In this document: piece by piece, positions 1-12,400 of the stretch
Numbering within the stretch: position 1 is the stretch's first letter
Layout: each line of letters starts with the position of its first letter
Origin: Anaeramoeba ignava BMAN
Taxonomy: Eukaryota; Protista; Anaeramoebae
NCBI GenBank assembly: GCA_028826165.1
Contig: JAPDFW010000060.1
Coordinates: 248,001-312,000, forward strand
Length of the DNA: 64,000 bases
Reading direction: 5' to 3'
Made by a program: the position numbers and the translations under genes
The notes under the pieces: generated by a model
Told to the model about the DNA's origin: nothing
Seen by the model: only the letters and a program-made list of their open reading frames with translations
Databases searched by the model: none

Positions 1-75
1 AAAAATAATAATAACAAAAAAAAAAAGTATTTTTTTTGCATAAGTGAAAGTAAGAAATTCATTTCAGTTTGCACG

Positions 76-221
76 TTATGACTTTTAAACAAGACAATCA
101 TTTCAATCAAGATTAATTATGCATTTCTTCTAGCAAATGAAAAAAAAATAATTATTTTGAAGGTTATTAGATTAAAAGTGAAATTTGTGGAAAAATTGAT
201 TGTCTTGGTTAAAAGTCATAA
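76..221. repeat. 25-bp inverted repeat pair (76-100 / 197-221), MITE-like or cruciform-forming
   Basis: ttatgacttttaaacaagacaatca versus tgattgtcttggttaaaagtcataa are reverse complements at 24 of 25 positions, with a 96-bp spacer. Confidence 0.8.
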
Positions 222-358
222 GTTACAAATTGTTTGTTTGTTTCTAAACTTTTCATATCTTTAAAAAATTTAAAATAATAAAAAAATAGGATTTTTCTAA
301 TTTTTTGCTTTTTGTTGATATTTTTTAATTGAAAAAAATAGAAATCAAAAAAGAAAAT

Positions 359-3325
359 ATGAACAAGTTATTTTTGTTATTGATTTTTATTCAAATAATA
401 CAAATTCATCAAATTTTAACTGTTGAATCTGGAAATGAATATTATTTCTGGTGTTTAAAAGATGTTTTAAATCCTCCTGATTCTTATGTTTACTTTGGAA
501 TTTGCGTTGATCGTTATCAAGAATTTATTGCAATAGGAACATATAATTCCAATCAAATATTCATTTACAAATTAAATGAAACTAATTGGGATTTATATCA
601 AACCTTAAAAGGTGAACAAAGTTCAAGTTTTGGGATAAATTTTGTGTTTTCTGGAAGTTATCTCATTGTTGGCGCTTCTGGTTTTGGTCAAGTATTAATT
701 TATAAATTTAATGGAAGCTTTTGGAATCTACACCAATTTTTTCAAGGAGAAATTGCTTCTCAATTTGGTTCAAGTATTTCAACTTCTGGGAATATTCTTG
801 TTATTGGTTCTCCTAATTCAAATCAAGTTTATATTTATCAATTTAATGAAAGTTATTGGAATATCAATCAAGTTTTACATCCAACTCCTCAATCAGAATT
901 TGGAGCAAGTGTTTCAAATTTCGGAAATATTACTGTGGTAGGTTCACCAGGTTCAGATGAAGTATTGATTTTTTCACTTAATGAAGGTTACTGGAATCTC
1001 AGTCAAATTTTAACTGGAGAACAATATTCAAAATTCGGAATAAATGTTTCTATTACAGATAATTTTATTGGGATTAGTTGTGAAAATAGTACAAATGCAT
1101 ATGTTTATTCATTTGATGGGAATTATTGGAATTTAAATGAAACTTTCAATTCAGATCCTTATGCAATTTATCAAATTAAAATTTCTCAAAATCTTCTTAT
1201 CATTTCATCACGATTTTCTGAACTTGGTGGTTTTTTTGAATATAACGGAACAGATTGGGTGCCTTTCCAACTTTATCGAGAGCCTAATTCATCTTTTTTC
1301 GGGTTAACATTTTCTGTTCATGATGATTCAATCCTTGTTGGTGATTTAGCGACAAATCAAGTTCATATTTTAACATTCAATGGAAGCTATTGGAATTTGA
1401 ATCAATCAATCAATGGAAGCCAAAGAACTGATTTTGGTTGGAATGTCGCAATCTCGGATAATTTTATTGCTGTTGGAGCCGATCAAACATCTGAAGTTTT
1501 TACTTATGGATATAATGGGAGTGACTGGATAATAAACCAAACTTTACAAAATGAGCCTGAGTCATATATGGGATCTCGAAATGTGTTTCTGAATGATACT
1601 CTTGTTATTGGGAATTCGGGAAATTCTAATCAAGTTTTCATCTATCAATTCAATGGAACATATTGGGATCTTTATCAAATTTTATATGAACCAAATATTT
1701 CAAGTTATGGAAATAGTGTTTCAATATCTCAAGGTTTCATTTTTGTGGGAGCCTCTACTGAGAGTAAAGTGTTTATTTATGAATTTAATGGAACATATTG
1801 GGAAATGATTGATTGTTTGGCTCAAAATGGCAATTTTGGTAAATATATCGAGGCATTAGAAGATTACGTTGCTGTTGGAAACCCAGACAATAACAGCATT
1901 TATGTTGAGAAATATAATGGAAGTGATTGGATCGAATATCAAATTTTAAGTCCTGGAAATGGAGCAGGATTTGGGAATAGTATAACCATTTCAACTGATT
2001 TTATTGTTAGTTCGAATTCTCAAGGAATCGTTTATATTTATCAATCAAATGGGAGTTATTGGAACTTCTTTCAATTAATTAATAAAACTTCAATCTCTTA
2101 TTTTGGTTCAAGTCTTTCAATTTCAGGAAATGTTCTTGTTATTAATGCTTTTAGCGAGTCAATCGTATTCATTTATTCATTCAATCAAACTTATTGGAAT
2201 TTTAATGATACATTAAGTGGATCAGCCCTTACAGGAGCGTATGGATACAGTGTTTCAACTTATGATAATTTTATTGTTGTTGGAAATCCAATTTTTAGTC
2301 AAGCTTTTGTTTATGAATTAGGATTTCTTTCGCAAGTTAATCTTTTAAATTGCTCAGGTTTATTTTCAGGATTTGTATGTTATTGGGAAAAAGTTAATTA
2401 TCCAACAACTCTTAAATATCAAATTAATTATGATTCCAATTGGATAAATATCGAGATCGAACAAATTGAAGAAACAGAAAATGTTTTCTATAGCATTTTC
2501 GATTATTCTAGTGATTCAAATATCATCGGAAATCAAAATTATTCAGTTCAAATAAAAGCTTGCGATCTGTTTTTTGATTCATGTGGAGAACCTTCTTTTT
2601 TAGCTAATGTAACTACAAAAATAGGATCTGTCACGAATCTTAATTCCTATTTAAGCCAAAACTCAAGTTTTCTTTTCATTCATTGGGATTTTCCAAATGT
2701 TGAAATAATTGGAGGAATTCCAAATCTTGATCATTTCGTCATCTCATATCACAATCAACTTAATAGCACACCAACAAATATTTCAATTAACAAAGTTACA
2801 ACTTATTTTTTTTTTCAAGACTTAGATTGTGGATGCAGTTATTCATTTTCTATCTGGGCATGCTCAACACCATTATGTGAAGGAAATGATAAAGGGGAAT
2901 CAATAGAAACTTTTTCAGTTATTCCATTTGACTCTGTTTCAAATGTTGCTTGTGAAGTGATTCAAAATACTCTTTCCATTGATTGCACATGGGATTCGCC
3001 TTCTAAATGTCCATTAACTCCTAATTATTATAATTTCACTTATTATTCAATTTCTGGAGATGATTCAGGAAGTTTTCAAACTCAATTCAATGAAAAAATA
3101 TTTCCAGTTCAATTTGGAAATCAAAACTATATTATCCAAATATCCGCATGCGATTCAAATAATGTTTGTGGATCTTCTTCAACTAAAAATATTATCCCCC
3201 AAAACATAAATGCAAATAATTCTTCTAGTTCTTCTTTATTCGCAATTTCAGTTATTTTTCTAATTTTCGGGTTTTCTTTTTTATCAGTAGCTTTTTGTCT
3301 AGTTAACAAAAGAGCGCATTGTTGA
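359..3325 (+). CDS. Type I membrane protein: signal peptide, 14 FG-GAP-like beta-propeller blades, about 3 fibronectin type III-like domains, C-terminal TM helix; intronless
   Basis: ATG at 359 (the ORF track start at 329 is TTG), followed by hydrophobic MNKLFLLLIFIQ. Fourteen repeats of FGxSVSISxNxLVVGxPxxxxVxIYxFNGSYWNLxQxL. FN3-like motifs (WDFP..Y.I..LDCGCSYSFSIWAC; WDSP..Y..Y.IQISAC). TM LFAISVIFLIFGFSFLSVAFCLV. Confidence 0.85.
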   Translation: MNKLFLLLIFIQIIQIHQILTVESGNEYYFWCLKDVLNPPDSYVYFGICVDRYQEFIAIGTYNSNQIFIYKLNETNWDLYQTLKGEQSSSFGINFVFSGSYLIVGASGFGQVLIYKFNGSFWNLHQFFQGEIASQFGSSISTSGNILVIGSPNSNQVYIYQFNESYWNINQVLHPTPQSEFGASVSNFGNITVVGSPGSDEVLIFSLNEGYWNLSQILTGEQYSKFGINVSITDNFIGISCENSTNAYVYSFDGNYWNLNETFNSDPYAIYQIKISQNLLIISSRFSELGGFFEYNGTDWVPFQLYREPNSSFFGLTFSVHDDSILVGDLATNQVHILTFNGSYWNLNQSINGSQRTDFGWNVAISDNFIAVGADQTSEVFTYGYNGSDWIINQTLQNEPESYMGSRNVFLNDTLVIGNSGNSNQVFIYQFNGTYWDLYQILYEPNISSYGNSVSISQGFIFVGASTESKVFIYEFNGTYWEMIDCLAQNGNFGKYIEALEDYVAVGNPDNNSIYVEKYNGSDWIEYQILSPGNGAGFGNSITISTDFIVSSNSQGIVYIYQSNGSYWNFFQLINKTSISYFGSSLSISGNVLVINAFSESIVFIYSFNQTYWNFNDTLSGSALTGAYGYSVSTYDNFIVVGNPIFSQAFVYELGFLSQVNLLNCSGLFSGFVCYWEKVNYPTTLKYQINYDSNWINIEIEQIEETENVFYSIFDYSSDSNIIGNQNYSVQIKACDLFFDSCGEPSFLANVTTKIGSVTNLNSYLSQNSSFLFIHWDFPNVEIIGGIPNLDHFVISYHNQLNSTPTNISINKVTTYFFFQDLDCGCSYSFSIWACSTPLCEGNDKGESIETFSVIPFDSVSNVACEVIQNTLSIDCTWDSPSKCPLTPNYYNFTYYSISGDDSGSFQTQFNEKIFPVQFGNQNYIIQISACDSNNVCGSSSTKNIIPQNINANNSSSSSLFAISVIFLIFGFSFLSVAFCLVNKRAHC

Positions 3326-3416
3326 TTTCCTCTTTTTCATTTCTGCTTAAATTTTTTTTTCCTTTTTTTTTCATTTTTCATTTTTTTTTTGCTCTTTTTT
3401 TTTTTTCAAACAACAA

Positions 3417-6400
3417 ATGAATAAAGAAAATAAACAAATTAATCCAAAAATTAAAAAATGGAATAAATTCTTAATAAAACACTCAATTAAAAAAATTGCT
3501 TCAATGTTTGAAGATGAAGCAACTTCAGATTTTACAATTTATTGTGGAAAAGATCAAGTTTCCATTTCTTGTCATACATTTATTTTACAAACTCAATCCA
3601 AATATTTTATGCTCAAAATAAGAGAAAATCATTTGAATTCAATTAATTTCATTAATTTTAGTTCTGAAATTGTTAAACCAATTATCAAATTTTTTTATAA
3701 TGCTAAATTTGAATTTGATAGCCAAAGATTTGATGATTATTTTAATTTTGCTGATGAAATCAAATTGAAAGAAATCAAAACCAAAATTGAACTTGAAATG
3801 GAATCAATTTTAAATACTGAAAATGTGCTTCAAATTTATTTTAAAACTCAGAAAATTAATTCAAAAAATCTTTTACAAATTTGTGAGGAATTCATTTCCC
3901 AAAATCTTCAAATTATCGTTTCTAATCCCAATTTCGCAAAAGATTTCAATCAAAATCAAATTACTGATATTATTGGATTAATTTCTTTAAATCAAAATAT
4001 CCAAAACAAATTTCAAATTATCCAAAAAATTCAAGAAAAATATCAAAAAAATTCATTTCAAAATCAAAAAAAAGAAGAAAAAATCAAATACCAACATTTA
4101 CTTCCAACATTATTAACAGAAATCTCACAAAAAAAGTCATTAAATCTAAATCAACTTCAACAAATAAGAAAAAAATCATTAAATCAATTTGAAAATCAAC
4201 TTGAAAATCAATTTCTTTTATTAAATTCAAATATCCAAAATTTTAAAAAGAAATTTTCTGAGATGGAAAACCAAAAACATCTTTTAGAATCGCAAATGAT
4301 AGAACAATATTCACAAAATGAAGAATATGGAAAAAATTTTGAGAAAACCAAAAAGGAACTCACAAAATCATCAAAAAGAGCAAATTTTTTTCTTGAAAAA
4401 ATTAAAGATTCCAATCCAGAAAATGCTCAATGTAATAAAAATATAAATTTTATACTATTTAATTATAAAATTATTCAAAATTCAATTCAATTCAATTCAA
4501 TTCAAACAAAAAGTTAATCATTATCAAACAATTTCAGATGATATTTCTTTATTTCTTCAATGGATGAAAAATTTTCCAAATGATGAAAAAATTCAACAAG
4601 ATTCATGTCTTAATATAAAAAAAATTAGTGAAAGAAACTCAAACAAAAGTAAATAAAATCAATTCAAAAGAAAAGAAAAATCTAATTGTAAAATTTTGAT
4701 TAAATCAAAAAAAAAAAATAATCTAATTAAGAAATTACAATTCAATTCCCTAAATTAAATTTAAATGCAATGGAGATTATTTTTGGAGTTATTAAAAATT
4801 TTCCTCAAAATCAAGAAATAAGAAAGGATTCTTTCACTTTTTTTAGTAATATTGGAAAAGAAATTGGTAAATTTTCAAAACAAAATCAAAAAGAAACAAT
4901 TTTCATTTATCAAAAAAAAAATGAAATTATCAAAGAATTTTTCTTTTTAGGTTTTCCAAATTATCAGAAACTTCAAGAATTATGGATCAATATCAAAGAA
5001 ATGAAAGAAGTAAATTTAAACAAAAAAAAAAAAATCAACAAATTTAAAATTAATTTCGATAAAAAATCTTTTCTTTTTTTTTTTCAGATTAATCAAAAAT
5101 TTATTGAATTTTGTTTATTATTCCAAAATTCATTTCAAAATTGGAATCCTTTTCAAACAAAAGCAAATAAAAATAATTTTGAAAAATATTTTGAAAATGA
5201 AGAAATTAATGAAGCAATTTTCAAAAAAGAAGCACATCCAACAAAATTTATTCAATTCTTTTTAAATTCAATAATCTTTTCAATATCTTTTATTAAAGGT
5301 TATTAATATTATTATTTCTTTTCAATAATTTCCATAATTAATTTAAATTACAAATTCAAAATCAAAATCAAAATCAAAATCAAAAAAAATAAATAGAAAT
5401 GTTACAAAATGCAAATCAAAATGAAAATGAAAATCAAAATGCAAATCAAAATGAAAATCAAATCAAAATTCAAAATGAAAACCAAAATCAAAATCAAAAT
5501 CAAAATCAAAATCAAAATCAAAATCAAAATCAAAATCAAAATCAAAATCAAAATGAAAACCAAAATCAAATTGAAAATGAAAATCAAAATCAAAATCAAA
5601 ATCAAAATGAAAATCAAAATCAAAATCAAAATCAAAATGAAAATCAAATTCAAAATCAAAATCAAAATGAAAATCAAAATCAAAATCAAAATCAAAATCA
5701 AAATGAAAATGAAAATGAAAATCAAAATCAAAATCAAAATCAAAATCAAAATGAAAATCAAAATGAAAATCAAAATCAAAATCAAAATCAAAATCAAAAT
5801 CAAAATCAAAATCAAAATCAAAATCAAAATCAAAATCAAAATCAAAATCAAAATCAAAATCAAAATCAAAATCAAAATCAAAATCAAAATCAAAATCAAA
5901 ATCAAAATCAAAATCAAAATTCAAATTCAAAATCAAAATCAAAATCAAAATCAAATTATTCAAGCTCATAAATATTTGATTTCTCTATCAATTATTTCAA
6001 TCATTTCTAAATCAAAATTTAATCGACAAATTTTATTCGAAAATGAAATTTTTAAAATTATTGTAGATTTATTGGAAATTACAAAAAATCTTTTTAAATT
6101 AATGGAAAATTTAAGAGTAAAGAAAAAAAATATTCATTTTTCTTTAATTCCACTTTTATTATTATTAATAATTTATATTTTTTTCTAAAAAAAAAAAAGA
6201 AGAAAAAGAAAACAAATCCTTCACTTTCAATTTATTATTTGATTGAAATTCAATTTATTCTTTTACAAATTAATCAAATTTTAGATGAATTTTTAAAAAG
6301 AAGACAAGTTTTCCCAAATGAAATAATTTTCGAAACATTTAAAAAAACACAAATAATTTCATTATTATTTAGTAAGTAAACTATTTATATTTTTCTTTTT

Positions 6401-9400
6401 TTCATTCACAATTAAATATTAAATACTAAAATATTAATTTTTTTCTTTTCTTAAAACAAAATAAAATAAAATAGAATGCTTTAAAATTAATTTAAATCTT
6501 AGAAAGTCATTCATTTTTACAGAAAAACAATTTCAAATTCAATTAAATTTTCTTCAAATTTTTGAAAATTTTTATGAATTGAATTTATTAACAGAAAAAG
6601 AAAATGTTAAATTAATTTTACTTCTTTTAACATTTTTCCAACCACCAAATTTATCTTCATCTCTTCCAAATATTGGATTTCCAAATCAAAATCAAAATCA
6701 AAATCAAAATCAAAATCAAAATCAAAATCAAAATCAAAATCAAAATCAAAATCAAAATCAAAATCAAAATCAAAATCAAAATCAAAATCAATTTGAAATG
6801 AAAGATTTTTTTGAAACTAATTTCTTTATATTTGATCCAAAAATCAAAAAAGAAGAAAATCCTTTCATTTTACAAAATTTCAAATCTTTAAAAGGAAATT
6901 TAAATCATTTTGAATTTGATCTTCGTTCAAATGTTTTTGAAATACTTATTACAATTATTGGAAGGGAAAATATAATTGATCAAATTATCAACAATAACAA
7001 TATTTCTTATTTGAAAGATTTTATCCTTTGGGTTTCTTATGCTTTCAATCCAAAACTATCAAAAAATTGGAAAGAAATAATTCAAGAAGTTGAAGAAAAA
7101 GAGAATATATTAAATTCAAATGATTTGGATAATTTATCAATTTTAGAAAGAAATGATTCACAAGAAATGCAAGATATTAATCCAAAAAAAGTTTCAGAAA
7201 TAAAATTAAATAATTATTATTTCGATATTTTATTTCAGAATCTGAGAAATTTACAGAATATTACTCAATTTGAATCACCAAAAAAGGATATTCAAAAAGA
7301 ATTAGACAAATTTACAAATGAAACCAAAAGAAAAGTCCATCATTTCAAAGAAAGATTGATTTTAATTTATCTCGACTTATTCAAAAATCAACAAAATGAA
7401 AATGATAAAAAAATATCAAAATTATCTTTGATTCCAAATTTACCAAATCAAAAAATTATTCAAATTCAAAAATATATCAAAAATGTTTATCCAGAACTTC
7501 AAATGTATATTTTAATTGAATTCAAGAGAATAATAATTAATGAAAATGAAAATGAAAATCTTCAATTTTTCCAAAAAAATGGAGGATGGAAAATTTGTTT
7601 TTCAGATTTCTTTATAAGAAATAATCTAATTAATTTAAATGTAAACAAAACAAAACAAAACAAAACAAAACAAAACAACAAAATCATTTCCTTTTATTAA
7701 TTTATTTTTTGAAATTATGAAATTATTGTAAATAGATTGAAGAAAATGAAAAGAATAAATTAAATGAAATGAATACAGATTTACAAACATTATTAATCGA
7801 TTTTATATTTAGTGTTCTTTCAAAATATGAAGACGATTTTCACTTTCAAGTTTTATTTAATCAATTTTCCAAAAATCAAAACCTCAAATCAAATTTGATT
7901 TTTTTAAATCGATTCTTAGAAATGATAATTGAGTTTATCAAAATGAAACCTGAAGTTTTATCAAATAAAATTATTGAAAATGAAGGATTTAAAGGAATTC
8001 AAGAAATTTTATCTGAATTAATTGAAAAAAATGAAAATCAAAATCAACTAATTAATTTATGTTTAGAAATTTTGGATTTATTACTTCAGTATTCAGATAT
8101 TGAAATTATTTTCCAAAATCAAGAAGTTTCTAAATCTTTGGTGAAATTATTTGAAAACAAAATTACCCAAAAAATACCCCTAATTTATATTCCAAAAATT
8201 ATTGAAAAAGCCAAAAAAACAAAAGAAGAAAATGAAAGTCATTTTATTGCGTATTTGATTCAAAAAATTCTAGTTTTATCTAAAGAAATCAATTTGGAAA
8301 ATGAACAAAAACAAAAATCAAATAAAATAGGATTTAATGATGTAAAAAAACTCTTTGTAAAATGTTCAGAATCAATTTCAAAAAATCGGGAATTTATTCA
8401 AAATATAATTTTAGGTACAAATTTATTGTTAATTTTTAAACCATTATTAGATGAAGCAAAACAAGAATCAGCTCATCTTATTTTATCATTTTTGAAAGAA
8501 ATTACGAGAAACAATGAAATAATGATTTATGAATTTCATAAATTAATTACAATACCAGAATTTATTCAATTACTTTATGAAATCGAAAAAAGAAAACCAA
8601 CAAAAAAGATGTTTCAAATTCTTTTAGATTTAATGATTAATAATGGGAAATTTTCAATGGAAAATAATTTTATTATAAGAAATGAAAATATGATAAATAT
8701 TATTTTGGGGCTTTATTCCAAAAATATAAATCAAATTGAAAATGAAAATGAAAATGAAAATCAAATTGAAAATCAAAATCAAAATCAAAATCAAAATCAA
8801 AATCAAATTCAAATTCAAAATCAAATTCAAAATCAAATTCAAAATCAAAATCAAAATCAAAATCAAAATGAAATTGAAAATGAAAATGAAATTGAAATTG
8901 AAAATGAAAATGAAAATCAAAATCAAAATCAAAATCAAAATCAAAATCAAAATCAAAATCAAATTCAAAATCAAAATCAAAATGAAAATGAAAATGAAAA
9001 TGAAAATGAAAATCAAATTCAAAATCAAAATCAAAATCAAAATCAAATTGAAAATCAAAATCAAATTGAAAATGAAATTGAAAATGAAAATCAAAATGAA
9101 ATTCAAAATGAAATTCAAAATCAAAATCAAAATCAAAATCAAAATCAAAATGAAATTGAAAATGAAAATCAAATTCAAAATCAAATTCAAAATCAAAATC
9201 AAAATCAAATTCAAAATCAAAATCAAAATCAAAATCAAAATCAAATTGAAAATGAAATTGAAAATGAAATTGAAAATCAAAATGAAATTGAAATTAATTT
9301 TATTCAAGTTTTACAAATATTTAACAAAATTTGTGAGAAATCAATTTATAATATTTATTGTTGTTGTGAAAAAGGAATACTTTCTTTATTACTTGAATTA

Positions 9401-12400
9401 ATTCCAAAAATCAAAAATTTAAATTTCTTCAATCAAATTATTCAATTTATCGGAAAACTTGGATCACATAAAATTTTTGTTTCTGAAATGAAACAATATT
9501 TTTCAGTTTTGAAAGATAAATTAAAAGAAAGAAAAAATCATCATTTTGCAAATTTAATGTTGATTGAATTAAGAAAAATGATCAATCATAAGAAACAAAA
9601 AGAAGTTGAAGAATATTCAAAAAATATAATTAGGGAAGATCCAAAATCAACAAAATTTTCATCAATTGTATCGACTAATTTCCAAGATACTATACATTGT
9701 TCAGGAGGAATTGAATCATTTTTTTATTTGATTCTTGAAATTGATGAATTATTTGAAAAAGAAAAATTTGATGAAAATGGAAATGAAAATGAAAATGAAA
9801 ATGAAAATGAAAATCAAAATGAAAATCAAAATCAAAATCAAATTCAAAATCAAAATCAAAATCAAAATCAAATTGAAAATGAAAATGAAAATCAAAATGA
9901 AAATCAAATTGAAGATGAAGATGAAAATGAAAATCAAAATCAAAATCAAAATCAAAATCAAAATCAAAATCAAAATCAAAATCAAAATCAAATTGAAATT
10001 GAAAATCAAAATCAAAATCAAATTGAAAATGAAAATGAAAATCAAAATCAAAATCAAAATCAAAATAAAAATCAAAATCAAAATCAAAATCAAATTGAAA
10101 ATGAGTTTAATCCAAAATTACTTTTTGAGGAAATATTAAGAATAATTCGAGATATTTTACTAAATGATTTAAATTTTCAAGAAGAAATGATCCAAAAACA
10201 ACAATTCCCAATATTCAGTAATATACTCAAATCAATTCATTCTAAATATTTTTCAAATCAAATATATTACCTTTTTAGAATATTGAAAGAAAAAATCCAA
10301 AATGTACAATTCCAAATACAACTCAAAAAACATTTACTTTTTGATGAAGAAATTTGGAAGAATTTTAGCTTTGAAATCCAAAACAAATTTATTAATGTTA
10401 TTCAAATTTTCTTCCAAAAAGAGTTAATACCGGAAAATGATGAATTCGCATATTTCAGAAAAGAAAAAAAACATACATCGAATATCACCATTTTTGATTT
10501 ATTGATTATATTGCATTATTATGACCAATCTTTAAATAAGATACAGAATTCAAACACATTTGATCAATTTGAAGAAGATCAAAAACAAGTTTATGAATTA
10601 TCGAAAAAAGTGTTTTCAATGGTTGAAATTCTTTTGGATAAAAGACAAACTAGTGCAAAATCTAGATATATTCGATCACTTGTTTCAACATGTTTCATTT
10701 TCAAAACACAATATTTTATTGAAACAACACTTGCGATTATTAAGGAATTTATTTCTAAAAATTACAGACAGAATTGGAAGTATTTATTTTCAGTGAATTT
10801 ATTCAAACCATTTTTTCAATTGATGAAACAAAGTGAAAGCACAAGAATAATTGAATTATGTCTTGAAATTACTCACTTCATTGATATTTCTCTTTATGAA
10901 AATGAAGAAGAACTTCAACTTTTGGAGAAGAAGAACGAAATTAGAATTGAAAGGCTAAATGATCTTTTTCCTTTTGTTCACAAAATATTGACTGACAAAA
11001 CCAACAAGATAACAAAAGAAATTGTAGATATTCTTTTCAAAATGATAACTTATAAAAATTTGAATGACAAATCAAATTTTTTAGTTATCAGAAATCTATT
11101 TATTCTGGAAACAATTTGCGGAATTTATAATCTTTCACCAATTTTGCTTGATACAATCCATTTGCATAATTTATACATTTTAATAATAGAAAGTGATTTT
11201 AATAAAAAGAAAATACTATCAGAATTTGGATGGCAAAAATGGTTTGTTTCTTTGATAAACTTTCATTCTGCTCCAAAAGATCAACAACAAGAAAAATCAA
11301 ATAACAACAATAATTTAATCATTTCCGAGCAAAACCAGCAAGAATTTTTGGATGATCACTTTGCAATAAATGAAACGCGAAATGAAGTTAATGAAATTAT
11401 TTTCAAAATTTTCAAGTTGTTGTTAATTTATTGTTTCCATAATTCATCTTGTAATTTTCCAGAAATGTTTGAAAAATTTCTTTCATCAACTTATTTAACT
11501 TATAAAATCAACAAGAAATCTGCTTTGAAAATAATTGAAAGAATCATAAATGATATTTTTGTTGATTTGAGCCAAAATTCAAAACAAACACTTTATAATA
11601 CTAACCAATCTTTAGTATCATCGATATCAATTCCAAATTCAAACATTTCCAAAGAAGAGTATCTTAAAAATTTATTTTATTTAATTCAAGTATTAAATGG
11701 GCTTGTTTTCAGTTTAGACAGAATTGAATTTCAATCTTCAAATAAATATAAATATAAAGATAAAGATAAAGAAGATTCCAAATATAACCGAATTATTCCA
11801 ACAAAATATTCCAAATTATTTACCACAATTCCCAAAACCACAAAAACAAACCAAAATGTGGATTTGAAAAATGGAATCAATTTGATCAATGTTTTGGATT
11901 TGAAGTTTGATTTATTTAGAGAAGGAGAACTTGCGAAAAATCTAGTTCTTATTTTGGAAAAATTTGAATTTTTTAAGGAAAAAGAAATACAATCCAAAAA
12001 TGAAGAAGAAGAACAAGAAAAAAGAGCCATTTACAAAATTGTTGTTTTATTGGTCTTAGCAGCAATTCCAAAATCGGAAATTGGATGCCTTACTTTTTTT
12101 CTATCTAAGTTCTCTGAAATCATACTCAAACCACCAAATCCCAAAAAACCTATTCAAATTCAATTTCAATTTCAATTTCAAATCCAGCATTTAAATGAAT
12201 TACTTTCCATTTTCTTTTCTTTTTTATTTTCTTTTCTCCAAATGGAAGATGAGGATCAAGACCAGAATGAAATGCAAATTGAAATGCAAAGAAAAGCCAA
12301 AAAAAACAGTTTGTTATCCTATTTAAAAGTGATGATGAAAGATAATTATAAATTCCTATTTGATTTATTTTCAAATCAAAACAAAAATCAAAACTTACTT

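Noticed and set aside
329-358. ORF-track start at 329 and other TTG/GTG starts
   Set aside because: Non-ATG starts; ATG 359 directly precedes the signal peptide.
5399-5950. Telomeric repeat interpretation of (ttttga)n / (tcaaaa)n
   Set aside because: The tracts are internal, degenerate in a codon-wise manner (Q/E/N/I), and in frame within exons.
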